Under the pieces are notes generated by a model, which ran no database searches, was not told where the DNA came from, and was given only the letters and a program-made list of their open reading frames with translations. Shown here piece after piece: positions 46,543-56,270 of a stretch of DNA of 64,000 nucleotides; position 1 is the first letter of the stretch, and each line of letters opens with the position of its first letter. This stretch comes from a virus: positions 1-64,000 of the IMG/VR virus record IMGVR_UViG_3300046463_000247; one strand, given 5' to 3'. The position numbers and the translations under genes are program-made.

Positions 46543-49500
46543 TACTTGATCCCCAGCATGGTTTTCAGCGTCGGCACGTCGCGTTGCAGGTGCATGAATA
46601 CGATGTCCTTGCCGTCAGAGCCCGACATCGCCTGCGGCACGCGCTTGCGCTCGTCCACCAGCACGAAGCGGGACCCGCCATCGCCCTTGCCACCCTTCGG
46701 TGCGCCGCCGCCCGCGTCCGTGCCTTTTGCAATTGATTGCAAACCGGAAGGCATGCCACCGTCCGCGAATTTGTTGATCGAAGACGACATGCGGTTCCTG
46801 ATCGAGCCCGTCTGGCCGGAATTTAGCGCATAAAGCAGCGGCAGGTGTTCCTTCGTCGCCTTCTCGTTGACGATAAACTCGTTGTTCGCGACCATCGCCG
46901 GGATGCTGTCCGACCGGCCCGTTCCGGGTCCGCTAATCAGGCCGTGGTTGAGCCGCTTGAAGTCGTCCATGCCGAAGCCGTCCGCGAACTTGCGCACCGG
47001 CACGACGCCGCGACGACCCTGTGACGGCAGGCCACCATCGGCGAGCATCATCATCGCCATCATCGCCATCTGGCCGATCATCTGCCCCCACTGCGCGCCC
47101 TGCTTGCCGCCAATTGCCCCACCAATCGCGCCCCCGGCCATGCCGCCCATCGAGCCCGCCATACCGCCGCCACCGCCAGCCCCACCGTCCGAAAACATGC
47201 TGTTGATGCTGTCGAACATCCCGCCCAAGCTGTCCTGCGTCTGGCCCAGCACACCGCTCAGGCCGGTCGTCAGCGCGTTGCCCATCGAGTCAATCCCGAA
47301 CCCGCCGTTCGACGCGGTGTTGCCGAGGTCGGTGAACGTCGTATTCAGGCCGGTTTCGAGGCTGCTCTGGAACGTCGAGAAGCCGTCACCGCCGCCCAGC
47401 CCGAACAGCGCGGAGCCGCCCGTGGAGGTCGAGCTATCGAGGTTGCCGCCGCCCGCGTCGAAGCCGTAGTCATTGCTCGCGGTGTTCCCCATGTTGAACA
47501 GGGAGCCAAGGCCCATCGCAGCCCCGCCACGCTTGCCGAAGTTGCCCATGAGGGTGTTGACAGCCCCCATCAGTCCCGGACCGCCCTGCGTGCTGCCGTT
47601 GGTCGTGAAGGTCTGCTTGGTCGCGTCCGCCGAGCGCACCCACATCGCGTTGCTCGCGTCCTCACCCAGTTGCCTGCCGCTCTTGCCGCCCAGCCCTTCA
47701 GCCAGCTTGTCGAAGATCGAATTGCCCTCGCCGCCCGTCTGATCCACGATCCACGAGGTGATCTTCTGCGACAGGTCCTTGGCGATAACCTGGTTGATCG
47801 AGTTGACGAAGCTCAGCGCCGCGCCCCGGAAAGCCTCACCAATCGACTTCGAGTGCGACATCACGTCGTAGATGCCCTGCGTCAGCGCCTCGGAGAAGTT
47901 CGTGCGGATCGAATCGCCCAGCGTGTGGTAGGCCGACGCAAGCTGGAGAATCTGGTTCTGGTACGAAGCGGCCTTGGTGCGCGCGTCGTCGTACTCCTTC
48001 TCCATGCCCAGCGCCTTGTACTGCTCGGCCTGCTCCTGCTCAACCGCCATCAGCTTGCGGACGTTCTCGATCTCGGCGGTGATCAGTGCGTTGTCGGCGT
48101 TGGCGGCACTGATGTCCGTCAGCGCGCCGCGCGAGTTCGCGAGCGCCACCTGGGCGCGGGCGTTCTCCAGCAGGGTCGCTTGCAGGTTGCCCTGGCGCGT
48201 CGTGGCGTCGTTCAGTTGCTGCATCGCCAGCACGTCGGCCTTGCGTGCGTATTCGGCGTCCAGCAGTTCCTTCGCGCCCTTCACGCTGTCCAGCTTCTTG
48301 TGCAGGTCCTCGTACTGCTGCGCGAGCGCGGCCTGAGACCCGGCCAGCTTCTGGTCGGTCTCCTGCATCGCCTGGAACTTGACGTTGGCGACTTCCTTGT
48401 CCAGCGCTTCCTGCTCCTGCGCGCGGGCAATCGCTTCACGCGACTCGTCGGCTGCGGCCTGGGCGTTGATCTGCTTGATATGGTCGCGCTGCGCCTGAAT
48501 CTGGTTGTCGATGCCGACGCGCTCGCTGCCGGTCTTGGCCGCACCCTTGTCGATCTGGAGCGCCTTGATCTGCGCATTCGCCACCGCGACTTCCTGCGCG
48601 GCGTTCGCCTTGATCACCTCGGCACGCTTGTTGTAATACGTGTCGAGGTTCACCAGACCCTGCTGGTAGCCATACTGGTCCGCATCGAGCGCCGCCTGGT
48701 TGGCGATCTTCGTCAGCGCGGCGGTGTTCTGCGCGGCCTCCACAATCGCCTGCGCGCGAGCCTTGGCAATCGCCCGGCCTTCGTTCAGTGCGGACTCGCC
48801 GCCCGCCTTCAGTGCGGCCTGCGCTTCCTTCTCGTGCTGCTTGGCCTGCCCCATCGCGCCATTCAGCGACGACGTGATGTCCACGCCCGCCGTCTGGGCC
48901 ATCGCCTTCAGGGCCTCGCCAGCCGCCTGGAATTTCTTCAGTTCCTCTGGCGACGACACGGTGTCGGCCAGCTTCTCGAACTCCAGCAGCATCGCGTTCA
49001 GCAGCGTCTTCGACTGGGCCGAGCCGTCCTTGACGAACGCCTGCGCGGAGACAATCACGTCCGCCGCCTCGGAGAACTTCTGGGCGATGCCGGTGGTGGC
49101 CTGCGACACGTCGATGCCTGCCGCCTGCGCGGCCTCAGCGAAGTTCTGCCATGCCTTGCTGGCCTCAACCATCGCCTTGGTCTGCGCAGCGGAGCCATCC
49201 AGAATCACCTGAATCTGCTTGCGCTGGGCGTCCGACAGGTCGGCGTTCATCAGGGAGTCGCGCTGCTCCTTGATCGAAGCGTTGGTGTCCTTGATCTGCT
49301 TCTGGAGGTCAGCCTGTTGCTGCTTGAGCGTCAGCACGTCCGACGCCGCCGACGAGCGCGCCTGCGGGGTGGCCTTCTCGTCGTTGGCGATCAGGTTCTT
49401 GTCGCTGATCTGGCGCGCGAGGTCCAGGTTCTGCTTCTGCTGGGCGGCGAGGTCGGTGTACTTCTGCTTCAGCGTGTCAATCGCCTTCTGCACGTCGCCC

Positions 49501-51041
49501 GTGGACTTAGCGGTCTTGTCCGCGCCATCGGACGACGACAGCCACGCACCCAGCGCCACCGCGCCGAGCGCCGTGAGGGCCGTCACGATCAGGCCGATAG
49601 GACCGGCGAGCGCACCCATCGCCACCTCGGTCACGATAGCGCCCGTGCGCAGCGCCTTGAGCACCGTCACCGCGCCGCTGATGCCTTCCACGAAGAGCGG
49701 CAGGAGCGACGTGATCTTCGAAATGATCGTCAGGCCCGCGTACGCGATAGCCACGTCGCGCAGCACCGTCCCGGTCTCCACCAGCACGTCCTTGTGGTCC
49801 TTGAACCACTGGATAGCCTGAACGATCAGCGCAGAGGTCTGGTGGATCGCGTCGGCGAGCCCACGGAAAGACTGGTCGGTGCGGTCGGCAGCGGTGCCGA
49901 ACAGGTCAGCGTTCTTGCCGGTCGTCTGGAACGAGGCGGCGAGGTCGTTGAGCGACGACAGGATGTCGATTGCGCCCTTCACCAGTTCCGAGTAGACCGG
50001 CAGCAGTTCCTGGCCGAGCGAGTTCTTGAGCGTCTCGATATAGCGCGGCAGGGACGTAAGCTGCTTGCCCACGTCACCCATCGACGCTTCATAGGTGCCC
50101 TGAATTGTGACGGCCTGCGCGAGCACCGCATTGGCGAATGCCTGCTTCTGCTGGTTGGCGTCGAGCGCGTGACCCACCACTTCCGTGGCGTGCTGGATCG
50201 CGGACTGGCGGTCGATCACAATGCCCATCCACCGCAGACCCACCGTGTCCATCTGGTTGATGTTCGTGATCAGGCGCGAGAACGTCTCGGACGAGTTCCA
50301 CCCGGCGATCACGGCCAGGTCCTGCGACGCGCGGGCGAGCGGCGCGGCGAGGTTGATGTTCAGTCCGGCAGAGATAAGCTGGGCCAGCGACTCGCGCGAG
50401 GCCGCAGCCGTGATGCCCATCTTCTGCACTTCCTTGTCGGCAGCGGTGATCTGCTGCGACGTGTAGCCCGCGTTCTTGCCCACCGTGTCCAGCACGGTTG
50501 CCAGCACCTGCGTGCGCGCAGCGGTGTCGGCGAGGTCCTTCAGGAACGAAATGGCTTCAAAGGCGAGGAAGCCCCCGGCTGCGAACTTAAGCGCCTTCGT
50601 CAGGCCCTCCACGGACCCAATGAGTACGTCCACGCCTTCCTTCGACTTGCGCGCGTCGTCGCCCGGCTTCCGCAGACCGCCGCCCTGCCCCGCCTCATTG
50701 GCGTTCTTCGCGAGGTCTGCCAGCGCCTTCGACGCCGTGCCCACATCGGTGATCAGCGCGCGGGTCGCGTCGTCCAGTTCGCCGAACGCGGTGGCCGTGC
50801 CCTTGCCTGCCGTGGCTGCGGTGGCATTGAGTTCCTTCATCGCCGCGCCGACCGCCTTCGTGTCGGTGGCGAGGTTGTTCGCTTCCTTGGCAGCAGTAAC
50901 GAACTGGGCGGCAGCAGAACCAAGGTCTGAACTCGTCAGCGCGGCGAGTACCGACTTGAGGTCGTTCTGAATCTGCTGGAGCGCGCCAGCGGTCTCGTTC
51001 GCTACGGAGATTAGAATCTTCAGTTCTGCTTGACCGGCCAT
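46542..51041 (-). CDS. tape measure protein
   Basis: 1499 aa, Ala-rich helical; C-terminal ADGG and GPGTGRSDSIPA..EFIV. Confidence 0.92.
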   Translation of the reverse strand: MAGQAELKILISVANETAGALQQIQNDLKSVLAALTSSDLGSAAAQFVTAAKEANNLATDTKAVGAAMKELNATAATAGKGTATAFGELDDATRALITDVGTASKALADLAKNANEAGQGGGLRKPGDDARKSKEGVDVLIGSVEGLTKALKFAAGGFLAFEAISFLKDLADTAARTQVLATVLDTVGKNAGYTSQQITAADKEVQKMGITAAASRESLAQLISAGLNINLAAPLARASQDLAVIAGWNSSETFSRLITNINQMDTVGLRWMGIVIDRQSAIQHATEVVGHALDANQQKQAFANAVLAQAVTIQGTYEASMGDVGKQLTSLPRYIETLKNSLGQELLPVYSELVKGAIDILSSLNDLAASFQTTGKNADLFGTAADRTDQSFRGLADAIHQTSALIVQAIQWFKDHKDVLVETGTVLRDVAIAYAGLTIISKITSLLPLFVEGISGAVTVLKALRTGAIVTEVAMGALAGPIGLIVTALTALGAVALGAWLSSSDGADKTAKSTGDVQKAIDTLKQKYTDLAAQQKQNLDLARQISDKNLIANDEKATPQARSSAASDVLTLKQQQADLQKQIKDTNASIKEQRDSLMNADLSDAQRKQIQVILDGSAAQTKAMVEASKAWQNFAEAAQAAGIDVSQATTGIAQKFSEAADVIVSAQAFVKDGSAQSKTLLNAMLLEFEKLADTVSSPEELKKFQAAGEALKAMAQTAGVDITSSLNGAMGQAKQHEKEAQAALKAGGESALNEGRAIAKARAQAIVEAAQNTAALTKIANQAALDADQYGYQQGLVNLDTYYNKRAEVIKANAAQEVAVANAQIKALQIDKGAAKTGSERVGIDNQIQAQRDHIKQINAQAAADESREAIARAQEQEALDKEVANVKFQAMQETDQKLAGSQAALAQQYEDLHKKLDSVKGAKELLDAEYARKADVLAMQQLNDATTRQGNLQATLLENARAQVALANSRGALTDISAANADNALITAEIENVRKLMAVEQEQAEQYKALGMEKEYDDARTKAASYQNQILQLASAYHTLGDSIRTNFSEALTQGIYDVMSHSKSIGEAFRGAALSFVNSINQVIAKDLSQKITSWIVDQTGGEGNSIFDKLAEGLGGKSGRQLGEDASNAMWVRSADATKQTFTTNGSTQGGPGLMGAVNTLMGNFGKRGGAAMGLGSLFNMGNTASNDYGFDAGGGNLDSSTSTGGSALFGLGGGDGFSTFQSSLETGLNTTFTDLGNTASNGGFGIDSMGNALTTGLSGVLGQTQDSLGGMFDSINSMFSDGGAGGGGGMAGSMGGMAGGAIGGAIGGKQGAQWGQMIGQMAMMAMMMLADGGLPSQGRRGVVPVRKFADGFGMDDFKRLNHGLISGPGTGRSDSIPAMVANNEFIVNEKATKEHLPLLYALNSGQTGSIRNRMSSSINKFADGGMPSGLQSIAKGTDAGGGAPKGGKGDGGSRFVLVDERKRVPQAMSGSDGKDIVFMHLQRDVPTLKTMLGIK

Positions 51042-51042
51042 G

Positions 51043-51423
51043 TTATTCCTTCAGTAATTCATTCAGGGTTTTCACGAAATCCTTGCCTTCCTGCGTGTGC
51101 GCCACCGACCGGTCTATCGTCGCCTGGGTCGCCATCCACGCCTTGCGGCGCGCGAACGCGGCTTTCACGAGGTGATCAATCGTGCGCAGCGAGTAGCCCC
51201 AGATGTCCTGCAACCGGTGCCCCTCACTGGCAAGGAATTCAACACTTTCGACCCATGAGTCCGACAGTTCCTCTACGCGGAGAGCAACGGCTCGGTCGAT
51301 GGCGTCAACGGTGCTGCTTCCTGAGTTGCTGCCTGCGGCTGCTGCTCGATCCTGGCGCTGGCGTTCTTGCCAAGCTGCCGCAGCGCCGCCGTCGCCTCGG
51401 ACAACAACTCTTGGAGCTTTTTT
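51043..51423 (-). CDS. tail assembly chaperone -1 frameshift extension (T)
   Basis: Open -1 frame with LASEGH..IWGYSL; A-AAA-AAG heptamer at 51417-51423. Confidence 0.6.
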   Translation of the reverse strand, partial: KKAPRVVVRGDGGAAAAWQERQRQDRAAAAGSNSGSSTVDAIDRAVALRVEELSDSWVESVEFLASEGHRLQDIWGYSLRTIDHLVKAAFARRKAWMATQATIDRSVAHTQEGKDFVKTLNELLKE

Positions 51424-51749
51424 GCGTCGGGCACCGACAGCTTGTAAATCTTCTGGATTGCAATCAATTGCACGGTGCCGGGCAGGCGCTTGATCACGTC
51501 GAGATCGTCTTCCGCGTCGGTTCCCATCTTGATCACCTGTGCGATGAAGTCCGGCGCGGCCAGCAGGAACTGCGTGTAGTTCGGCTCCTTCTTCTGCGCT
51601 TCGGCGTACAGCGAGACGAACGCGTGCTGGTGGTTCATCATCAGTTCGACAATCTGCAACAGGGACAGTGGGTGCAGGTCGAGCGGGACGCCGGGTGCAA
51701 CTTCGACCGTCTCGGGTTTGGCGAGCAGGTCGGCAATCTTGATACCCAT
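51273..51749 (-). CDS. tail assembly chaperone (G)
   Basis: Between tail tube and tape measure. Confidence 0.75.
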   Translation of the reverse strand: MGIKIADLLAKPETVEVAPGVPLDLHPLSLLQIVELMMNHQHAFVSLYAEAQKKEPNYTQFLLAAPDFIAQVIKMGTDAEDDLDVIKRLPGTVQLIAIQKIYKLSVPDAKKLQELLSEATAALRQLGKNASARIEQQPQAATQEAAPLTPSTEPLLSA

Positions 51750-51782
51750 GAGGTTTCACTCCTTGAACTGGGTCTATAAATG

Positions 51783-51807
51783 AAAAAGGGCGGGCCTAAG
51801 CCCACCC
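51783..51807 (-). terminator. intrinsic terminator
   Basis: GGGTGGGC-TTAG-GCCCGCCC-TTTTT after the tail tube gene. Confidence 0.75.
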
Positions 51808-51846
51808 GGATACTACGCTTCCTAACGGGAAACTACAGCTTTTCGC

Positions 51847-52881
51847 TTACGCTTGAGCCAGCAGCTTGCGCACCGTGAAGAAGCGCGAGCCCACCGCGCG
51901 CATCGGGTCCGACAGCACCGAACCTTCGAGCGTGATCTGGCCGAACGTATCGCTGATCAGCGACAGTTCCTTCAGCGGGTCCGTCGAGAACTTGAAGATT
52001 TCCACGACGACCGGGCTGTTGCCTTCGGCGGTGTTGAGACCTTCGAAGCGCAGATAGACTTCTGCCTGAGCCTGCGTCAGCGAATCGGTCAGCGTCTGGT
52101 CCACGAAGTCGTAGTCCACCGTCAGTTCCATGCCGTCGAACACGGCCTTCGGCGTGGCCGTCGCGGTGATGACCTTGCCCGTGGTGTCGAGTCCGATGGT
52201 CAGGTCCGCACCCGTGGACGACAGCACCGTGAACGTCTTGTTGTTCAGCACCGCAGCGTCCGCGCCGTCGAAGCCGTAGAACGACGCCTGGTCACCCGTG
52301 CTCAACGTGTTCGGCACCGTGATCTTGGTCGTGGCACCGACCGTGACGCCCGTCACCGCGACGCCCAGCGTGTCCAGCGGCGTGATTGAACCGTCGTTGA
52401 TCTTGATCGAGCCCGCGTCGAGATTGACCGCGTAGTCGTACGGCGTCGCGTCGTCCGTGTAGGGCGTCAGCGGGTTTGCGCCCTGGTTCACGATGACGTT
52501 CGACACGCCAATGTTCGCCAGTGCGGAGATCGCGCCCGTGTAGCCGATGATCGGCTCTGCCGTGACCTTGCCGCCGACGAGCGTCTTGGACTCGCCGCGC
52601 ATTGCGACAGCCATGTTCTCCGGCGACCAGTTTTCCAGCGTGGCCGACAGGGTAACCTTGGTGTCGGTCGAGAGACGCTTGTCCGTCGCGCGCTGGCCCG
52701 AGTGCGATTCCTTGTGCTCGACCACGGTCGTCGCGACGCTGATCTTCAGGTCCGGCACGTTGCCGACTGCCCGCAGACCACGCGGCTTGCCCGTGACGGC
52801 ATCGCGGACGCCCAGCATCAGGACGCCCTGACCCGAGTAGTAATGGTCCTTCGTGTCCCACTTACGATTTACTTCGCTCAT
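51847..52881 (-). CDS. major tail tube protein
   Basis: YYSGQG..VGNV..L..EH.ES.SG; ATG 52881; own promoter and terminator. Confidence 0.85.
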   Translation of the reverse strand: MSEVNRKWDTKDHYYSGQGVLMLGVRDAVTGKPRGLRAVGNVPDLKISVATTVVEHKESHSGQRATDKRLSTDTKVTLSATLENWSPENMAVAMRGESKTLVGGKVTAEPIIGYTGAISALANIGVSNVIVNQGANPLTPYTDDATPYDYAVNLDAGSIKINDGSITPLDTLGVAVTGVTVGATTKITVPNTLSTGDQASFYGFDGADAAVLNNKTFTVLSSTGADLTIGLDTTGKVITATATPKAVFDGMELTVDYDFVDQTLTDSLTQAQAEVYLRFEGLNTAEGNSPVVVEIFKFSTDPLKELSLISDTFGQITLEGSVLSDPMRAVGSRFFTVRKLLAQA

Positions 52882-52918
52882 AAAAGCTCTCCTTTTCCCG
52901 GGAAATGTTACGAGCCGA

Positions 52919-52947
52919 AGTGTATCGGCCCGGGGTGCACCTAACAA
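52919..52947 (-). promoter_or_regulatory. class II (late-type) promoter
   Basis: TTGTTA-N17-TACACT. Confidence 0.5.
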
Positions 52948-52952
52948 AAGAA

Positions 52953-53387
52953 TCAGACCAGTTGAACCGGCACGGACCACCGTTGCAGGTACAGGAGCAC
53001 CGTGTCTTTCTTAGCCGCCTGGGCTTCCACCAGGAACTTCCAGTGCGCCGCCACCGGGGAGCGGCCCTCGCGCATCGCGGCGCGTACGTCGTCCAGCAGG
53101 GCAATCGCGGACGCCTTGTTGTTGTGCCCGGCAAGCTGTTCGATCTTCGTCATGATCACGAGACCGAACACCGCTTCGCACGAGATACCGCGCTGCTCCT
53201 TCGTGTCCACCGACCGCATGCCCTCGTACAGGTAGCAGACCTGCGGAAACGACGTGCCCTTGATCTTGTTCAGCGCTTCGTCGTCATCGAGCACGAACAG
53301 CACGCGCCCCTTCAGAATTGCAATTGATTGCAAACGGGCGTCGATGTCGTCCAGGCACTTCTGGACCAGGTTCTCATTCACTCTCAT
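52953..53387 (-). CDS. tail terminator-like protein
   Basis: Position and size (144 aa). Confidence 0.6.
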   Translation of the reverse strand: MRVNENLVQKCLDDIDARLQSIAILKGRVLFVLDDDEALNKIKGTSFPQVCYLYEGMRSVDTKEQRGISCEAVFGLVIMTKIEQLAGHNNKASAIALLDDVRAAMREGRSPVAAHWKFLVEAQAAKKDTVLLYLQRWSVPVQLV

Positions 53388-53824
53388 GTCAAAGCCTTCA
53401 GGATTCGCATCATTACGAGTTGTTCGGCAAGGTTTATGTCGTCCCGCCCGATGCCCAGAAACTCGCGCTGCGGGGTCCGGCCCGTACCGAAGTTATGGTA
53501 GGGGCCATAGGGCACGTTGGAGCCGATCTCGCGCGCATTCGGGCCTGCTGCGAACAGTTGCAGCGAACGGAACAGATTGCCGGTGTCGTAGAGCGTGCCG
53601 CCGCCCCGGCCTGTCTTCGCGCGGGTGAGCGCGGCGAGGCTGGGTTTCCACGGCTGGTTGCTTGAATCGACCTGCTGGAGAAAGCGGGTGCGGATACGGT
53701 TGAAGATCAGCGCGCCCGCCTCGTCGGCGATCAGCGTCGGGTTGATCGCGGTATTGAGCGCGGCGATCCGGGCCTCGACTTCAGGCAGGCCCTGTACCCG
53801 GATATTCAGCAGCGGGCCTGCCAT
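53384..53824 (-). CDS. virion morphogenesis/tail completion protein (Mu gpG-like)
   Basis: RF.....W...L.DTG.L..S..GSNVPY..HNFG..P.R.FLG. Confidence 0.85.
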   Translation of the reverse strand: MAGPLLNIRVQGLPEVEARIAALNTAINPTLIADEAGALIFNRIRTRFLQQVDSSNQPWKPSLAALTRAKTGRGGGTLYDTGNLFRSLQLFAAGPNAREIGSNVPYGPYHNFGTGRTPQREFLGIGRDDINLAEQLVMMRILKALT

Positions 53825-53825
53825 G

Positions 53826-54722
53826 TCACATTACCGGACGCAGACAGAAGCCCAGCGAGTCGCGCGTGTACGGTGCTGCCACCGCGAGCGCATGCTGGCC
53901 GCTGGCCTGGTAGTTCTTGATCGTGCCGCTCTGCTCGGCCTGCGACAGCCCTGCGGCCATCACGGCGGGTACATAGCCCAGCACTGCCTCCACCAGCCAG
54001 TCCGGCGCGAGGTCGGTCGTCTGGGGCACGGGCGTCGGTTCTGCAATTGATTGCAGCGGCGTGTCGGACGTGCTGATCAGCCGGTCGTACGGGTAGGCGC
54101 TGTCACCGAACAGCGTCACGCCAGGCGAGCCGCCCGCATTGTCGCCCGTGGTGCCCACCAGACCTGTGTCCTGATCGCCGGTAGGCGGCGTGCCACCCGC
54201 CCCCGTACCGCTGCCATCATCCGTAGTGGGAGGCGGCGAATCGGTCGGAGGCGGGTCGCCAGAAGGGTCGCCCGACGGGTCAGGTTGCGGTGTCGGCTCG
54301 GGGATCGGTTCGAAGCCCGCGTTGAACGTCACGCGGATAAAGCGCTCGTTGTACTTCTTGCGCGGGATCGAAACGACGCCTTTCACATAGTCGATATGGA
54401 AGTCCAGCACGGGCACGGGGATCGTGCACCGGTTGTAGTCCGAACCCCAATACACTGCCTCGCTGCCCGGCTTGAGCAGACCAGAACGAAGCCGGAGCCG
54501 GTAGAGACCGGCAGGCTGAACCCCGCTGAAGCTGTCGGAGTCCAGGTAAAACACGTCTTCAAAGTCTTTCGACTGAAGCGTTGAGTCAATCAGCGTGCCG
54601 ATGCGGAGTTGGGCGGCGTCGATGGCGTTCGTGATTGCTTCGTCCACCTCGGGCGCTGCAAGCTCTGAAGAGATTTGCATCCGCGTGCGCACCTGCGCGA
54701 CCGTCACAATACGTGCTGTCAT
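53826..54722 (-). CDS. head-tail adaptor with Pro/Gly-rich insert
   Basis: Position; V.F.AGF followed by a ~100-aa low-complexity insert. Confidence 0.65.
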   Translation of the reverse strand: MTARIVTVAQVRTRMQISSELAAPEVDEAITNAIDAAQLRIGTLIDSTLQSKDFEDVFYLDSDSFSGVQPAGLYRLRLRSGLLKPGSEAVYWGSDYNRCTIPVPVLDFHIDYVKGVVSIPRKKYNERFIRVTFNAGFEPIPEPTPQPDPSGDPSGDPPPTDSPPPTTDDGSGTGAGGTPPTGDQDTGLVGTTGDNAGGSPGVTLFGDSAYPYDRLISTSDTPLQSIAEPTPVPQTTDLAPDWLVEAVLGYVPAVMAAGLSQAEQSGTIKNYQASGQHALAVAAPYTRDSLGFCLRPVM

Positions 54723-54739
54723 GTCTGCCGCCCTCGTCC

Positions 54740-55138
54740 TTAGACTGCTTCGCCTTCGTCCATGATCTCGATGCCCTTCTTCGCGGCACCCTCCACAGCG
54801 GTCTGGTCGTCCGCGTCGGTCACTTCCGGTGCCGGGGGCACTTCAGCGGTGACGACTTCGACCGGGCCGTTGACCTTCGCCTCGACGGCTTCCTGCGTCG
54901 GCAGGGCTACCTTGGTCGGCGTCGCCCACTCGCGGTCGCCGTTGCTGTCCACGCGGCCCAGCAGGTCGAGCGCGGTGGCCTGGTCGAACGCGTAGCGCAC
55001 GCCAGCGGTGTACAGCTTGTTGCCCAGGTTCAGGCGCTTGGCCCGCGCGAGCACCAGTTCGATGCGAGCCGGGGCTGCTGCCTGTGCCTCTTCCTGCTTG
55101 CCCTTTGCGGCGTCTTCATTCTTCACGGTTACACCCAT
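54740..55138 (-). CDS. hypothetical (head-associated) protein
   Basis: 132 aa with GAGGTG RBS. Confidence 0.7.
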   Translation of the reverse strand: MGVTVKNEDAAKGKQEEAQAAAPARIELVLARAKRLNLGNKLYTAGVRYAFDQATALDLLGRVDSNGDREWATPTKVALPTQEAVEAKVNGPVEVVTAEVPPAPEVTDADDQTAVEGAAKKGIEIMDEGEAV

Positions 55139-55204
55139 TTTTCACCTCTCAAACGTGGATTGGAAAGCGCGGCGAATATATGCCGCTGTGCAATTGATTG
55201 CAAG

Positions 55205-55239
55205 AAAAAAGAAGGGCGGGTCCCTTGCGAGAGCCGCCC
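55205..55239 (-). terminator. intrinsic terminator after capsid gene
   Basis: GGGCGG...CCGCCC stem followed by TTCTTTTTT. Confidence 0.7.
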
Positions 55240-55260
55240 CAAGTACTACCCGACTACGGT

Positions 55261-56202
55261 TTAACCCGAAATGTTACGGGTGCGCACGATAGCTTCGTGC
55301 TCTTCAATTTCGAACGCGACGCGGGCCGTGAGCACGATGATGAACACGCGCTTGCTGATGTCCTTGTCGTACTCGATGCTGATGTCGCGCTGGATACCGA
55401 AGATCAGGTTCGACGGGTCCGTGAACAGGCCATCCGTGGACGGCATCATCGACGCGCCGACGATCTGCGAGCCATGCGCGTACAGCGGCGTGAGCGCCTG
55501 CACTTGCTGGTCACCGAACGGGGTCTGGCGGTCACCGAAGCGGTCGCGCAGTTCCGTCTCGTTGTCCACCGACACGAAGTGCTTCAGGGCTGCGCGGTTG
55601 CGCAGATACTTGTCCGGCATGGTCTTCACGACGCGCTTGATCACCGGACGGTCGAACGTCGAGCCGCCTGCGTCCACGATGTTCTGGTCCGCACCCTTGA
55701 GCCAGCCATCCGTCAGCTTCAGGTACGTGTCAGCCGAGTTCGTGTCACCCAGCAGGCCGAGTTCTTCGAGGTCGAGCGCCGCGCGCTGGGCCATCAGTGC
55801 GACGATGGTCGAGTGCAGGCCACCCGGCGACGAGAACGCACCGGCTTCGACGTTGCCGCCTTCAATGTTGTCTTCCAGCACGTCGTACGGCAGGTGCACT
55901 TCGGCGATCACTTCGTCCGTGTTCAGCACGATCTGTTCGAGCGACGGCTTGATGCGGTCCACGTCTGCTAGGGCCGTTGCCGACACTGCCGGACGCAGCA
56001 TGCGCTGGCCGATACCGATCTTCGGAATCTTGCGCTGCGGGCCGGTCATCGTGACGACGCGCGAGCTTTGCAGGATCGTCGGCGTGTCCATCAGCTTGCG
56101 GATGAAGGTCGCAGCCTGTTCCGGGTTCAGCTTACCGGCAGTTGCGAGGTCCGCCAGCGTCATGTCGGCCTTGCGGATGATTTCTTGATTGCTCATACCC
56201 AT
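55261..56202 (-). CDS. major capsid protein (HK97 fold, P2/XkdG-like)
   Basis: G.LNPEQA..FI, YDVLEDNIEG, DLEEL...GD, DGWLK. Confidence 0.9.
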   Translation of the reverse strand: MGMSNQEIIRKADMTLADLATAGKLNPEQAATFIRKLMDTPTILQSSRVVTMTGPQRKIPKIGIGQRMLRPAVSATALADVDRIKPSLEQIVLNTDEVIAEVHLPYDVLEDNIEGGNVEAGAFSSPGGLHSTIVALMAQRAALDLEELGLLGDTNSADTYLKLTDGWLKGADQNIVDAGGSTFDRPVIKRVVKTMPDKYLRNRAALKHFVSVDNETELRDRFGDRQTPFGDQQVQALTPLYAHGSQIVGASMMPSTDGLFTDPSNLIFGIQRDISIEYDKDISKRVFIIVLTARVAFEIEEHEAIVRTRNISG

Positions 56203-56270
56203 GATTCTTACCCCTTAGAATGGTCCAAAACTGTTTGAGTTGCCTACTTGCCCAGCACCATCAGCCGCGT

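Noticed and set aside
54120-54310. Short tandem-like repeats in the head-tail adaptor gene
   Set aside because: Explained by Pro/Gly/Asp low-complexity coding (DPSGDPSGDPP).
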